Part shown: piece after piece, positions 1 through 9,768 of the stretch
How positions within the stretch are numbered: the first letter of the stretch is position 1
Layout: the number at the start of each line of letters is the position of its first letter
NCBI GenBank assembly: GCA_007117035.1
Contig: SKHG01000054.1
Location: forward strand, 1,060 to 65,059
DNA from: Candidatus Campbellbacteria bacterium
Lineage (GTDB): Bacteria; Patescibacteriota; Minisyncoccia; Phycocordibacterales; CSBR16-193
Length of the DNA: 64,000 nucleotides
Reading direction: 5' to 3'
Notes under the pieces: generated by a model
What the model was told of the DNA's origin: nothing
What the model saw: the letters and a program-made list of their open reading frames with translations, nothing else
The model's database searches: none
Position numbers and translations under genes: made by a program

Positions 1-537
1 AACCAAAAAGAAAACAGCTACTACAATAGCTGGATATATCAGGGCATTCTTTGCTTTGTGTGTTAGGTCATACATTCTATCTAAATACTTTGCTAGATAA
101 GAGAAGATGTCACTCAACTTTCCTGCCTCTTCCCCTGCTTCAACCATATGAACATAAAACTCAGAAAAAACTTTTGGATGTTTTGAAAGTGCAGACGAGA
201 TTGAACCACCACCCTTAATATCGTTTGCCACCTCATCTAAAATATCCGCCAAAACAGGATTATCAACCTCTTCTGAGAGAAGTCTAAAAATCTGTAGAGC
301 TGATACTTGAGCTTCAAAAAGAGTTGCTATCTGTTGCGAAAGAACCACGACATCCTTGTTAGATACCGAACCAGACCAGCTCATCTCTGAAAACCAGTTA
401 CCTTTTTCGGGATTAATAGAAGAAATTATCAAACCCCGATCTTGTAAAGCTGTGATAGCTAAATCAATGTGACCAGACTCGATTGTGCCGGTCCGACCTT
501 CACCTTCCTTGTTTATTGCTTTGTATTTAAACAACAT
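1..537 (-). CDS. pilC: Type IV pilus platform protein PilC / T2SS F family (partial, runs off the window)
   Basis: Manual translation from ATG at 537: MLFKYKAINKEGEGRTGTIE...QQIATLFEAQVS...FSEFYVHMVEAGEEAGKL...ALIYP; follows pilT. Confidence 0.9.
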   Translation of the reverse strand, partial: MLFKYKAINKEGEGRTGTIESGHIDLAITALQDRGLIISSINPEKGNWFSEMSWSGSVSNKDVVVLSQQIATLFEAQVSALQIFRLLSEEVDNPVLADILDEVANDIKGGGSISSALSKHPKVFSEFYVHMVEAGEEAGKLSDIFSYLAKYLDRMYDLTHKAKNALIYPAIVVAVFFLV

Positions 538-540
538 ATT

Positions 541-1605
541 TTATAGCATTTTTTCTAAGGAATGACGATTTAGGCTGTTGGCTAGTGCATTTTCAACCGT
601 AATCTCTCCGCGTTGAACTAAGTTGGCTAATGATTTATCTAGAGAAATCATACCCGACTCTGAAGATGTCTCTATTACAGTGTCAATTTCATGAATTCTT
701 CTTTCTCGTATTAGGTTAGCGATTGCTGTGTTGTTAATTAAAAGTTCATAAGCCGGAACCAGTCCACCCGAAACTTTAGGTACCAAGCGAATTGAGAAAA
801 TACCAGTTAAACTGCTGGATAGTTGAGCTCGAATCTGCTCCTGCTGATCGGCTGGGAATGAATCTATGATTCTATCGATTGTTTGTGAAGCAGTGTTAGT
901 ATGTAGTGTTGAAAAAACCAAGTGTCCAGTTTCAGCAGCGGTCACAGCAGTTGAGATAGTTTCGGTTTCTCGCATTTCACCAACCATCAAAACATCAACG
1001 TCTTGTCTAAACATTGCACGCAAAGCTGAAGGAAAATCTTCTGCATCAGACCTAACCTCTCTTTGGTCAATTATAGATTTTTTGGGTTTAAAGACATACT
1101 CCATTGGGTCTTCGATTGTAACAATATGTTCTGAGCGCTCTTCGTTAATCATTTCAATCATTGCAGCTAAGGTTGTACTTTTTCCGTTTCCAATTGGACC
1201 AACCACTAAAAAGAATCCTTGATTTAGTTTAGTAAATTCTTTTAAAGACTCTGGCAATCCTAATTCATCAAATGTCTTAATTTCTGATGGAATCAATCTA
1301 AGAGCAATAGAGATCTTACCTCGTCTAAAAAAAACATTACCTCGGAAACGAACATCCAAATCCTCTACAGCAAAAGAAAAATCGATGTCTCGTTTTTCTT
1401 TTAAAACAGCTAAACCCTCGCTGGACAAAAAAATATCCAAAAAAATCTCTATATCTTCTCTGGTCAGAACACTTTCTTTACTAATCGGATCTAAGACTCC
1501 ATAACTTCTTAAAATCGGCACTCTCCCTTCGGACAAATGAAGATCCGAACTTTGTTCGTCTAAAGCTAACTTAATTAGTCTATTTAAAGTATCTGATTTT
1601 GTCAT
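541..1605 (-). CDS. pilT: Type IV pilus retraction ATPase PilT
   Basis: SDLHL, Walker A GPIGNGKST, TIEDPME, RQDVDVLMVGEMR, AETGHLVFSTLHT, AIANLIRE motif. Confidence 0.93.
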   Translation of the reverse strand: MTKSDTLNRLIKLALDEQSSDLHLSEGRVPILRSYGVLDPISKESVLTREDIEIFLDIFLSSEGLAVLKEKRDIDFSFAVEDLDVRFRGNVFFRRGKISIALRLIPSEIKTFDELGLPESLKEFTKLNQGFFLVVGPIGNGKSTTLAAMIEMINEERSEHIVTIEDPMEYVFKPKKSIIDQREVRSDAEDFPSALRAMFRQDVDVLMVGEMRETETISTAVTAAETGHLVFSTLHTNTASQTIDRIIDSFPADQQEQIRAQLSSSLTGIFSIRLVPKVSGGLVPAYELLINNTAIANLIRERRIHEIDTVIETSSESGMISLDKSLANLVQRGEITVENALANSLNRHSLEKML

Positions 1606-1610
1606 ATTTT

Positions 1611-2021
1611 TTAGTTTTTTGATTTATTATCCTTAAATATTTCCATAACTTCTGAAACTACTTCTGATGGAATAGTAGTTGCTTTAACAATGTACCCTGC
1701 TACTCCAAGTTCTTTTGCTTTATCAATGTCATGCTGATTACCTTGATTGGTCAACATAATAATAACAGTGTTATCAGCCAAATTTTCTTCCCTCATCTTC
1801 TCCAAAATCTCTAAACCGTTAATATCAGGCATAATAATATCAAGCAAGATAACATCAGGAGATATCTCTTTGTTTCGCAATTTGTCCAACACTTGTTTAC
1901 CGTTCTGAATAGATGAAGTCTCTATTCCTTGATTCTTAAACTTCAAGGAATACATATTTAATAGGAATGTATCATCATCTACCACCAACACGCTTTTTGG
2001 TCTTACTTCATTATCACTCAT
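1611..2021 (-). CDS. Single-domain response regulator (CheY-like receiver)
   Basis: VLVVDDD, PDVILLDIIMP, IIMLTN, GYIVK; no output domain. Confidence 0.9.
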   Translation of the reverse strand: MSDNEVRPKSVLVVDDDTFLLNMYSLKFKNQGIETSSIQNGKQVLDKLRNKEISPDVILLDIIMPDINGLEILEKMREENLADNTVIIMLTNQGNQHDIDKAKELGVAGYIVKATTIPSEVVSEVMEIFKDNKSKN

Positions 2022-2084
2022 AATTTTATATAATTATCTTAACGCTTTAAATATGTTACCACACTCTGAAATAAAATAACAAAA

Positions 2085-3830
2085 CTAAAAACTACTAACT
2101 TCTGTAAAAGGAATCTCCCCTCTTAAGGCTTTGAGTAGGGCGTCATTTTTCATACTCATCATTCCTTTTTCCTTAGCCACTTTTTCTAAATTCAGTTCGT
2201 TTGGATCTTCGATTATAACCCTCTCTATATCCTCGTCCTTACTTAGTATCTCCATAATCGCTGTTCGTCCTTGTAGACCAGTTGGACAATCTGAACTTGA
2301 ACCAGGTCCGTACACTACTTTTGGAAACTCAATAGTATTCCTAATTTCCTCCGGTAGTTCAGAGATATATTTTTCAACCAAAGCCTTCGTACTACCAGCA
2401 ACTGGAATCTCCTCTCTGGCCTCGGGACAAAGTTTTGGAACCAAACGCTGAGATGCAGCTAACACCAATGTTGGAGCTATTAAATAAGGATCAACCCCCA
2501 TGTTGATTAATCGTGGAATTACACCGATTGCGTTGTTGGTGTGAATAGTTGAAAGAACCAAATGCCCTGTCAGAGAAGCTTGAATAGCCAGTTGTGCTGT
2601 TTCTTTATCTCGAATCTCACCGACCATAATAATATCAGGGTCTTGGCGCAAAATAGTTCTAAGACCGTTTGCAAAGGTGTAGCCAATGTCATCTCTAACC
2701 TGCGACTGGCTAACCCCGTCAATATTATACTCAACAGGATCCTCCAAACTTAAAACATTGTTTTTTATCTTATCAAACTCCTGTAACAAAGAATAAAGCG
2801 TGGTGGTTTTTCCAGAACCGGTCGGACCGGAAATTAAGATAATTCCAAAAGGCCTATTAATTGCTTCTCGCATAGTTTTAAGACCTTTTTCTCCTAAACC
2901 AATTTCATCCAATGACTTTACCCCCTTATCTCTATCCAAGATTCTCATCACGACCTTTTCACCATAGTATGTTGGAAAAGTTGAAACTCGGAAATCAATC
3001 TTTCGACCTTCGATTCTAGCCGTAAACCTACCGTCTTGAGGTTTTCTTTTCTCATCCAATTTCATATTAGATAGAATCTTAATTCTAGCGGTAACAGCTG
3101 AATGAACTTTGGTTGGCAGAATCAAACTAGTATTCATTTCACCATCAACTCTAAATCGAACTCGGATGTCCTTTTCCATAGGTTCAATGTGAACATCGGA
3201 GGAAGAACCGTCTGCTGCATAACGTAAAATAGTAGCTACAATCTTTGTAACCGGAGCATCTTCAATAACTCTAATGTCACCTTTTCCTTCAGCTTTCAAA
3301 AGTTTTTCTCCAATATCAGGAACACCTGCATCCTTTTCTTCTGGTCCCCCACGTTCAATCTCGAACTCTCTTTCAAGTTCAGACAAAGCCTCTTTCACCT
3401 CAACAGAAAGACCTCTGTAGCGATTTAAAACTTTATCAAAAAACTGACTTGTGATAACAAAAAGCTTGTATGTAATACCGTGCTTAGAAGCAATGAAATT
3501 CAAAGCATCTCTTGTTTCTATCTCATCTGGATTTAAGGCACCCACCTCCAAAACTCCGTCTTCAAACCTAAGAGGGATCATTTTGTAGTATTTTGCTGAT
3601 TCTTCTGGAATATATTCTAAAATAGATTTAGAAATAGTTTCGGAATCAATGTCAGCGATCGGAATATTTAAATAATTACTCTTTTCTTCAGCTACCTTGT
3701 CTGAAGAAATACCATTTTTATCTAAAACAAACTCTACCGAGGATCCGGTAGATTCAACTTCTTTTTGAATGTCAGAAGCCTGCTTCTGATCAATTATTTT
3801 TTTCTTAACTAAAGCCTTAAGAATATTCAT
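2085..3830 (-). CDS. pilB: Type IV pilus assembly ATPase PilB/GspE (paralog 1)
   Basis: SDVHIEP, PQDGRF, GPTGSGKTTTLY, LRQDPDIIMVGEIRD, SLTGHLVLSTIHTN. Confidence 0.92.
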   Translation of the reverse strand: MNILKALVKKKIIDQKQASDIQKEVESTGSSVEFVLDKNGISSDKVAEEKSNYLNIPIADIDSETISKSILEYIPEESAKYYKMIPLRFEDGVLEVGALNPDEIETRDALNFIASKHGITYKLFVITSQFFDKVLNRYRGLSVEVKEALSELEREFEIERGGPEEKDAGVPDIGEKLLKAEGKGDIRVIEDAPVTKIVATILRYAADGSSSDVHIEPMEKDIRVRFRVDGEMNTSLILPTKVHSAVTARIKILSNMKLDEKRKPQDGRFTARIEGRKIDFRVSTFPTYYGEKVVMRILDRDKGVKSLDEIGLGEKGLKTMREAINRPFGIILISGPTGSGKTTTLYSLLQEFDKIKNNVLSLEDPVEYNIDGVSQSQVRDDIGYTFANGLRTILRQDPDIIMVGEIRDKETAQLAIQASLTGHLVLSTIHTNNAIGVIPRLINMGVDPYLIAPTLVLAASQRLVPKLCPEAREEIPVAGSTKALVEKYISELPEEIRNTIEFPKVVYGPGSSSDCPTGLQGRTAIMEILSKDEDIERVIIEDPNELNLEKVAKEKGMMSMKNDALLKALRGEIPFTEVSSF

Positions 3831-3913
3831 AAAAATAAAATATAAACTCGATCGTACACCAACTCTATACTCATTGAGTCTTTTAGAGACGGGAGATCAA
3901 AATACCATCTAGA

Positions 3914-4201
3914 TTACTGCTGATCAAACGGATTGTTCCGACCAACTCCGTCTCCTCCCTCCTGAACTGGTCTTTCAAAACTTCTAAAATTCGAAAGAGT
4001 ATTAAAAAGTTTTGTATCTTCAGAAGTAACTCTCGCCTCACTAATCACCGAGGTTCGGATGTTTATTTCTTCAATGTTTCGAACTTCAACGCCCGGTATA
4101 ATACCTTGATGATTAGACCAAATTGAAAGATACAACCAAGCAAAAGCTATTAAAAACAAGAGTAGGAGATATGTGTATATGTTTTTTTGTTTTGTTTCCA
4201 T
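3914..4201 (-). CDS. Small membrane protein at the PilP position, after pilO
   Basis: One N-terminal TM helix, ends GRNNPFDQQ; start moved to ATG at 4201 to avoid overlap with pilO. Confidence 0.6.
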   Translation of the reverse strand: METKQKNIYTYLLLLFLIAFAWLYLSIWSNHQGIIPGVEVRNIEEINIRTSVISEARVTSEDTKLFNTLSNFRSFERPVQEGGDGVGRNNPFDQQ

Positions 4202-4211
4202 AGTTTTATGT

Positions 4212-4739
4212 TTATTTAAACCAGTACAACTGAAGACCAACTGAAAACTGAGCACTCTCTTCCCCTCCCTTAACAGAAATCGAGGTTATCTCAAAAAATC
4301 GTAAACTATTTTCAATATTACGCAAAAACTGTAAGAAGTTGCTGTAACTTGAACTAAAAGTAATTTGAATGTTTTGAACTCCTAAACTTTGGTCTGCTTG
4401 TTGGTTTCCTGTGTTCCTATCAAAACCCTCTGTAATTCTAGCTGAATCCAAACTTACACCACTCTGACCTGCAATACTGGACAATGACATCATTGTTCTT
4501 GCGTCATCTCTTTCGTTCGGTAAAAAAGTATTTAGTAATTCATGATTCGATTGAGCTCTAGTCATGGTGTTTTCTACCTCTGACCTCACATTTTGCAGAT
4601 AATCAAATTTTTCTTCAACGTTCAAAGCTTTTTCCCTTTCTTCCCAAAGGATTTTAACTGATCCGTACATTCCGTCTATAAAAAAGAAAAACAGCGCTAA
4701 GGTTATCAGTATTAGAAATGTTGAAAAGAGTGATTTCAT
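4212..4739 (-). CDS. pilO: PilO-like pilus alignment protein
   Basis: N-terminal TM, coiled coil, FLP motif, SYSNFLQFLRNIENSLRFFEITSISV; pilM-N-O order. Confidence 0.8.
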   Translation of the reverse strand: MKSLFSTFLILITLALFFFFIDGMYGSVKILWEEREKALNVEEKFDYLQNVRSEVENTMTRAQSNHELLNTFLPNERDDARTMMSLSSIAGQSGVSLDSARITEGFDRNTGNQQADQSLGVQNIQITFSSSYSNFLQFLRNIENSLRFFEITSISVKGGEESAQFSVGLQLYWFK

Positions 4740-4743
4740 ATTA

Positions 4744-5313
4744 TTATTGATCTAAAGTATTACGCCTAAGATTGCTTCCTTTAAAATTGAGGTTTAGCTG
4801 AAAACTTATCTGACCTCCAGAAACAGCCAGACCCTCTATTGTGAAGTTCTGAATCTCATCAACACCTTTCAAAACATCACTCTGAAACGCAACCGCACCA
4901 AAACTTCTAGCTTGGGCTCCCAAAACAACGTTCGGGTTTCCACTCGGTACTGATTTAACATTTGCTGTAACATAACTAACTCCAGAGACAGTGTTACGGT
5001 TGATTAAATTTATAACTTGATATGAACTTATTCCATTACTCAACATTTTCTCACCTAAGGTCACCTTTTGACTAACATCACGTACTCTTAAGAAAAGATC
5101 TTCTTCTAGAGCTTCATCAACAATTTGCACCTTTTCAGCAATTTTTGATATGTCACTTATAAGCCATTTCTCAAATGTAAACAAGAAAGCCATAGCAATT
5201 AAAGCGACAACCAAAAACAAAATAGCAAAATGCCCATAAGAATCAAGGAGGGTGATTTCTTTTTTTTGTCTCTTTGGTATAAAGGACGGCTGTTGAAATT
5301 TATTTTCTGACAC
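4744..5313 (-). CDS. pilN: PilN-like pilus alignment protein
   Basis: SFIPK motif before a TM helix; lies between pilM and pilO. Confidence 0.65.
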   Translation of the reverse strand: MSENKFQQPSFIPKRQKKEITLLDSYGHFAILFLVVALIAMAFLFTFEKWLISDISKIAEKVQIVDEALEEDLFLRVRDVSQKVTLGEKMLSNGISSYQVINLINRNTVSGVSYVTANVKSVPSGNPNVVLGAQARSFGAVAFQSDVLKGVDEIQNFTIEGLAVSGGQISFQLNLNFKGSNLRRNTLDQ

Positions 5314-5390
5314 AGTTATTTTGTTTAATTTTCTAAATTATACCACACACTGATTTTATAAATACACAAACATAATGTGTATAACTAAAA

Positions 5391-6458
5391 TTAATTATCC
5401 TGAAGACCTCTCAAAGCAACACCAACCGCTACTGAAAATGAAGGACCTATCTCTGAAAGAGTCTCTTGCAAAAATTCAGGTGCGATCACAGAATCAAAAG
5501 GTCTAGCTACTCGAGTCTTGATACTTAATCTCTCAGAAACAAACTCGCCCAGACCTTTTAGTGCCGAACCACCTCCAGACAAAATAACTTCATCAATAGC
5601 TAATGAATTTTTGTTTTGATAATTAGTAATCAATCTTTCAATTTCAGCAAAAATATATTCCAAGTTCATTTCAACAGCCTTTTTTATATTAGGATTATTT
5701 TTAGAAAGACCAATGTCTCTTTTAACCATCTCCGCTTCTTTAATATCGAGTCCGGATGATTTTGATATAGCAGCAGAGATGTCTTGTGATCCCCGACCGA
5801 TCGTGTGGGAGACCTCGATATTACCTTCTAAAATAACATAAAAATTAGTTGAGTTTGCGCCCATATCAATTATGATAGATGGCTTACTGAAATCAGTGTT
5901 AAGTAGTGCTCTGGCTGCGCTAAAGACCTCAATCTCATAGAACAAGATGTCCAATTTAACACCTTCTGAGATCTGCTTATATTTCTCAATTATATTATTA
6001 TGAATCGCAACCAAAAGTATCTTCAACTGCTCAACACCCGAAACTTCAGTTGTACCAATAACCGACCAATCCAGAGTGACTTCATCTAAAGAACTAGGAA
6101 TATATTTTCGAGCTTCAATCGGTACCATTTCGTTAAGTTGCTTTTCTGGAACTTTCGGCATCTTGATTAAAGAAACCATACTGGACCGAAAAGGAATTGC
6201 CATTCCAGCGACTTTAGTATTGATATTTGAATCAAGCAATAAAGATGATGTCCCAGCGACAATTTTCTCAATTGGTAGACTTGTTGCTTGTCCAACAACT
6301 TTGTTAACATAAGAAGCAAGAGAAAACTCTCCGTAGGAATCAAGGTAGACCTTACCTGATGTTTTGTGAAGCTGAACAATCTTTACAGATGAACTTCCAA
6401 TATCAACGCCGATTACTTTTTGATCTTTATTTTTTATGAAATTAGACAGGAGTCCCAT
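5391..6458 (-). CDS. pilM: Type IV pilus assembly protein PilM (actin-like)
   Basis: IGVDIGSSSVKIV, EARKYIP, IIDMGANST, ILSGGGSALKGL, AVGVALRG. Confidence 0.93.
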   Translation of the reverse strand: MGLLSNFIKNKDQKVIGVDIGSSSVKIVQLHKTSGKVYLDSYGEFSLASYVNKVVGQATSLPIEKIVAGTSSLLLDSNINTKVAGMAIPFRSSMVSLIKMPKVPEKQLNEMVPIEARKYIPSSLDEVTLDWSVIGTTEVSGVEQLKILLVAIHNNIIEKYKQISEGVKLDILFYEIEVFSAARALLNTDFSKPSIIIDMGANSTNFYVILEGNIEVSHTIGRGSQDISAAISKSSGLDIKEAEMVKRDIGLSKNNPNIKKAVEMNLEYIFAEIERLITNYQNKNSLAIDEVILSGGGSALKGLGEFVSERLSIKTRVARPFDSVIAPEFLQETLSEIGPSFSVAVGVALRGLQDN

Positions 6459-6550
6459 ATTATTTTTATTTAAAATTAGGATATAATTTAATGACCGTTT
6501 AGATAATAATAACGCAATTTTGTTAAATAGGAAATGAAAACAGAATAAAT

Positions 6551-7192
6551 ATGTGGATAAAAATTAAAAATAATATATTAGATATCCTTTTTCCTTTAAA
6601 TAAGTTAGAGAGGACGGTCACAAACACAAACCCTTCAGAGTTTCTACAGGTGGTACCACGTGCTGTTAACTCACCTTATCCAGACACTGTAGTCATATTA
6701 CAGTACAGACACAGTCTAGTCAGAACAGCTATCCATCTTTTAAAATACAAAGGTAACTTGGAGGCCACAAAACTTCTTAGTGACATACTGTCCGATCGGA
6801 TTGATTACGAGATAAGTAAACAGAACATAAATAATCCAATAATTATCCCGATTCCAATAAGCAAAAATAAGTTAAAAGAACGGGGTTTTAATCAAACCGA
6901 AAGAATGTGTAAAATGATTCAGAAAAACAAAAACCGAAACAGTCTTGATTTCCAGTACAATCTATTGAAAAAAATAAAAGAGACCAAAAACCAAACCGAG
7001 ATAAAAAAGAGAGAGGCAAGGTTAAAAAACCTGCTAGGTGTATTTTCAGTATCAAACTCAAGTATAATTAAAGATCGAGAAATTATTGTGATAGACGATG
7101 TAACTACTACTGGAGCAACTCTCAAAGAAGCTTCACGAGCTCTTTACCAAGTTGGAGCCAAAAAGGTTATCTCAATTGTCTTAGCACATTAA
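6551..7192 (+). CDS. comF: ComF family competence protein (phosphoribosyltransferase fold)
   Basis: ERGFNQ, IVIDDVTTTGATL, LKY motif. Confidence 0.88.
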   Translation: MWIKIKNNILDILFPLNKLERTVTNTNPSEFLQVVPRAVNSPYPDTVVILQYRHSLVRTAIHLLKYKGNLEATKLLSDILSDRIDYEISKQNINNPIIIPIPISKNKLKERGFNQTERMCKMIQKNKNRNSLDFQYNLLKKIKETKNQTEIKKREARLKNLLGVFSVSNSSIIKDREIIVIDDVTTTGATLKEASRALYQVGAKKVISIVLAH

Positions 7193-7219
7193 GATAAAAA
7201 TATGATTTAGGGTAGTTTA

Positions 7220-7250
7220 TTTAATACAAATAACTCCTACTTGTATTAAA
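7220..7250. terminator. AT-rich hairpin between convergent genes
   Basis: TTTAATACAA (7220-7229) pairs with TTGTATTAAA (7241-7250). Confidence 0.4.
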
Positions 7251-7262
7251 TTAATAATACTT

Positions 7263-7772
7263 TTAATTATTTTTTGAAACAAAAAGTTGATTTATATCTC
7301 TCAAAGAAGTGAGTCTCACTACCTTATGATTATATGGTTCTAGCATCTCTCTAAGAGGCGGGAGATGGTTCCTATATCCTTTCTTAAATTTTTTATACGT
7401 CACATGCTTAAGAAGTCTACAGATGTCAATTATTCTTTCATTTTTGCGTGTTAAGAAACGTTTTATTAAGTAATAATATTGATAAAAAATTGAATTAAAT
7501 TCAAGAAGATATATTACATCAGCTTTTTCAATACCTTTTCTAAACAATCTTCGGGTTGTTCCCTCTATTATCCATTCACTTTTTTTATAAATCTCACTTA
7601 TTTCTTCCTCACTCTTTTTTTTATCGTTTGGTATCGTAAACTTAACTTTCCATAAATAATCATCTGTCTGGTAATAAGGTATTCTTGTTTCTTTTGAAAA
7701 ATTTTTTGCAAGTGTTGTTTTTCCTCTTCCAGCATCTCCAACTATAAGAATTTTTCTTACTGTAGTATTCAT
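7263..7772 (-). CDS. P-loop kinase, FlaR/topology-modulation (adenylate kinase-like) family
   Basis: ILIVGDAGRGKTTLA, TDDYLW, WIIEG, ADVIYLL. Confidence 0.75.
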   Translation of the reverse strand: MNTTVRKILIVGDAGRGKTTLAKNFSKETRIPYYQTDDYLWKVKFTIPNDKKKSEEEISEIYKKSEWIIEGTTRRLFRKGIEKADVIYLLEFNSIFYQYYYLIKRFLTRKNERIIDICRLLKHVTYKKFKKGYRNHLPPLREMLEPYNHKVVRLTSLRDINQLFVSKNN

Positions 7773-7829
7773 GCTTATAACATATATTAATACAAGTATT
7801 TTAACTTATTTAATTACTCAAGTCTCACT

Positions 7830-7870
7830 CCGATACTAAATTTTATTGACGGAGAGGGAGAAATCCTAAC
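7830..7870 (-). repeat. Degenerate copy of the tRNA-Ser 3' end and flank (att-like)
   Basis: 32/41 identical to 9444-9484 by manual alignment; first 13 nt CCGATACTAAATT exact. Confidence 0.75.
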
Positions 7871-8016
7871 TAATTGGGTCGCACCTTTCTCATAAACATT
7901 GAACATACTGAGTATTTTAGGATTGATTGATTGATTTTGCTTTATTACATATTCCTAACACCCTTGCATTATCTAATGTAATCATATATAATCTAATGTA
8001 TTAAATATATAAGATT

Positions 8017-9075
8017 ATGAATCATAAATTCAATAAACGAATACAATTGAATATATCTGATATATTCGAAAAAATCGATATAATGGATGAATTAAAAAAT
8101 CATTGGACTTCAGGCGCTAAATTAGACCATCAAATTTTGAGTGGACTTAAAAAATCAGTTTTAATTACATCAACTGGTGCTTCTACTCGTATCGAAGGCT
8201 CTTCCCTATCTGATGATGATGTTGAGAGACTAATGAGAGGACTTTCAATGCAGAAATTCACAAACAGAGACAAAAACGAAGTCCGAGGATATTTCGAATT
8301 ACTAACAAATGTTTTTGAAACATATAACACTATTCCTTTTTCAGAAAGCACTATAAAATTCTTTCATAAAGAATTATTAAAATATGTAGAGAAAGACAAA
8401 GAACATAGAGGAAAATATAAGTCTACGGACAACAAAGTGGCAATGGTTTCAGCAACTGGAGAACCAGAGCAAATTTTGTTCGATACAACAGGAGCATGGC
8501 TCACACCAAAAGAAATGACGGAGCTAGTTGAGTGGACACAGAATGCATTTTTGGAGAAAGAAATTCATCCTCTGTTAATAATAGCTAATTTCGTAGTTGA
8601 GTTTTTGCAAATTCACCCATTTACCGACGGAAATGGTCGTCTTTCTCGTGTCTTAACAAATCTTCTATTACTCCAACACGGATATTCATACGTTCCATAC
8701 ATTTCTCACGAAAAAATTATTGAAAACAATAAGATTGGTTATTATCTTGCACTGCGAAACAGTCAAAAAACATTCGGCACTGAAAATGAAAATTTAACAC
8801 CATGGTTAAATTTCTTTTTTGGTGTTTTGATTGAACAAGCAGACAAAGCGCTGGAATTAATTTCAGACACAGAAGTTTCAAAATTACTTTCTCCACAACA
8901 GCAAAAAATTTGGGAATATATTTCATCGAAGGACAACGAAGTAACTCCTATTGAAATTTCAAGACAGACAAAAATCCCACGACCAACTGTCAGCCAGGCG
9001 CTTGATAAGCTGTTGCGACTAAAATGGGTTGAGAGGATCGGTTTAGGACGAGGAACGAGATATAGGAGAAGATAA
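8017..9075 (+). CDS. Fic family protein with C-terminal winged HTH
   Basis: Catalytic HPFTDGNGRLSR; N-terminal inhibitory motif STRIEG; C-terminal HTH ending GRGTRY. Confidence 0.92.
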   Translation: MNHKFNKRIQLNISDIFEKIDIMDELKNHWTSGAKLDHQILSGLKKSVLITSTGASTRIEGSSLSDDDVERLMRGLSMQKFTNRDKNEVRGYFELLTNVFETYNTIPFSESTIKFFHKELLKYVEKDKEHRGKYKSTDNKVAMVSATGEPEQILFDTTGAWLTPKEMTELVEWTQNAFLEKEIHPLLIIANFVVEFLQIHPFTDGNGRLSRVLTNLLLLQHGYSYVPYISHEKIIENNKIGYYLALRNSQKTFGTENENLTPWLNFFFGVLIEQADKALELISDTEVSKLLSPQQQKIWEYISSKDNEVTPIEISRQTKIPRPTVSQALDKLLRLKWVERIGLGRGTRYRRR

Positions 9076-9342
9076 GGTAATTTTGTAACAATTACCATGC
9101 TTCAACAAACCTAGATAGGATTGTATCGTTTCCTTCTCAACATCTTTTTTATGGCAATTTTTAACAGCTCTTCTTTTAGTCTTAGTTCGTAAAATTCTAT
9201 GGTTAGGAAAATGAATCCAACCCAAATAATCAATACCTGAGTAAACAGATTCAATAAATTCATTCCATTCATCTGAATCTTTTGAGGGAATATTTTTTAA
9301 TGCCTCAAATTCCTTTATTCTTTCGTCCTTAAGCCTTTTCAT
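9043..9342 (-). pseudogene. Chimeric remnant containing the C-terminus of a DGR-like reverse transcriptase
   Basis: GIDYLGWIHFPNHRILRTKTKRR...ETIQSYLGLLKHGNCYKI from 9237; no YxDD core present. Confidence 0.7.
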
Positions 9343-9460
9343 TAATTTGTAATCAGCGACTTTTAAATGAGTTCCTTCCTCATTAAGACTTTTCGATGTT
9401 TTTTAAAAAGACGAAAGCCCTAAAAATAAGGCTCCTGGGTCTGCCGATACTAAATTGTCT

Positions 9461-9550
9461 TGGCGGAGAGTGCGGGATTCGAACCCGCGAGGGGTTTTAT
9501 CCCCTACCTCGTTAGCAGTGAGGCGCTTTCGACCACTCAGCCAACTCTCC
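9461..9550 (-). tRNA. tRNA-Ser(GCT)
   Basis: GGAGAGTTGGCTGAGTGGTCGAAAGCG...CT-GCT-AA...long variable arm...GGTTCGAATCCCGCACTCTCCGCCA. Confidence 0.95.
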
Positions 9551-9768
9551 ATATGTTATTTTTTTTATTGATCGAGATTCGATCTGTAAAAGGATGTTTC
9601 CTAACGGAAAACCAAGACCGTTTGTAGTTTCACCTTCCCTTTACACCATTAGACTATAACTCATCTTTTTAATATATCCAAGACTATAATACTCTAGTGT
9701 TTGCCCAGAACAAAGAAAATGATGTAGAATGACATAATATTACAAATAAATAATAAGGAATCATAAAT

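Larger units (their letters stand above)
7830..9484. mobile_element. Small tRNA-Ser-anchored genomic islet (Fic gene plus RT remnant), no integrase
   Basis: Bounded by the tRNA 3' end and its degenerate direct repeat; accessory gene content. Confidence 0.6.

Noticed and set aside
9043-9342. Active DGR or retron
   Set aside because: Only the RT C-terminus remains; no catalytic YxDD, accessory gene or TR/VR pair found by eye
9576-9650. Irregular hairpin upstream of tRNA-Ser (TGTAAAAGGA...TCCCTTTACA)
   Set aside because: Lacks SRP, riboswitch or tRNA motifs I can recognise; probably a precursor leader structure
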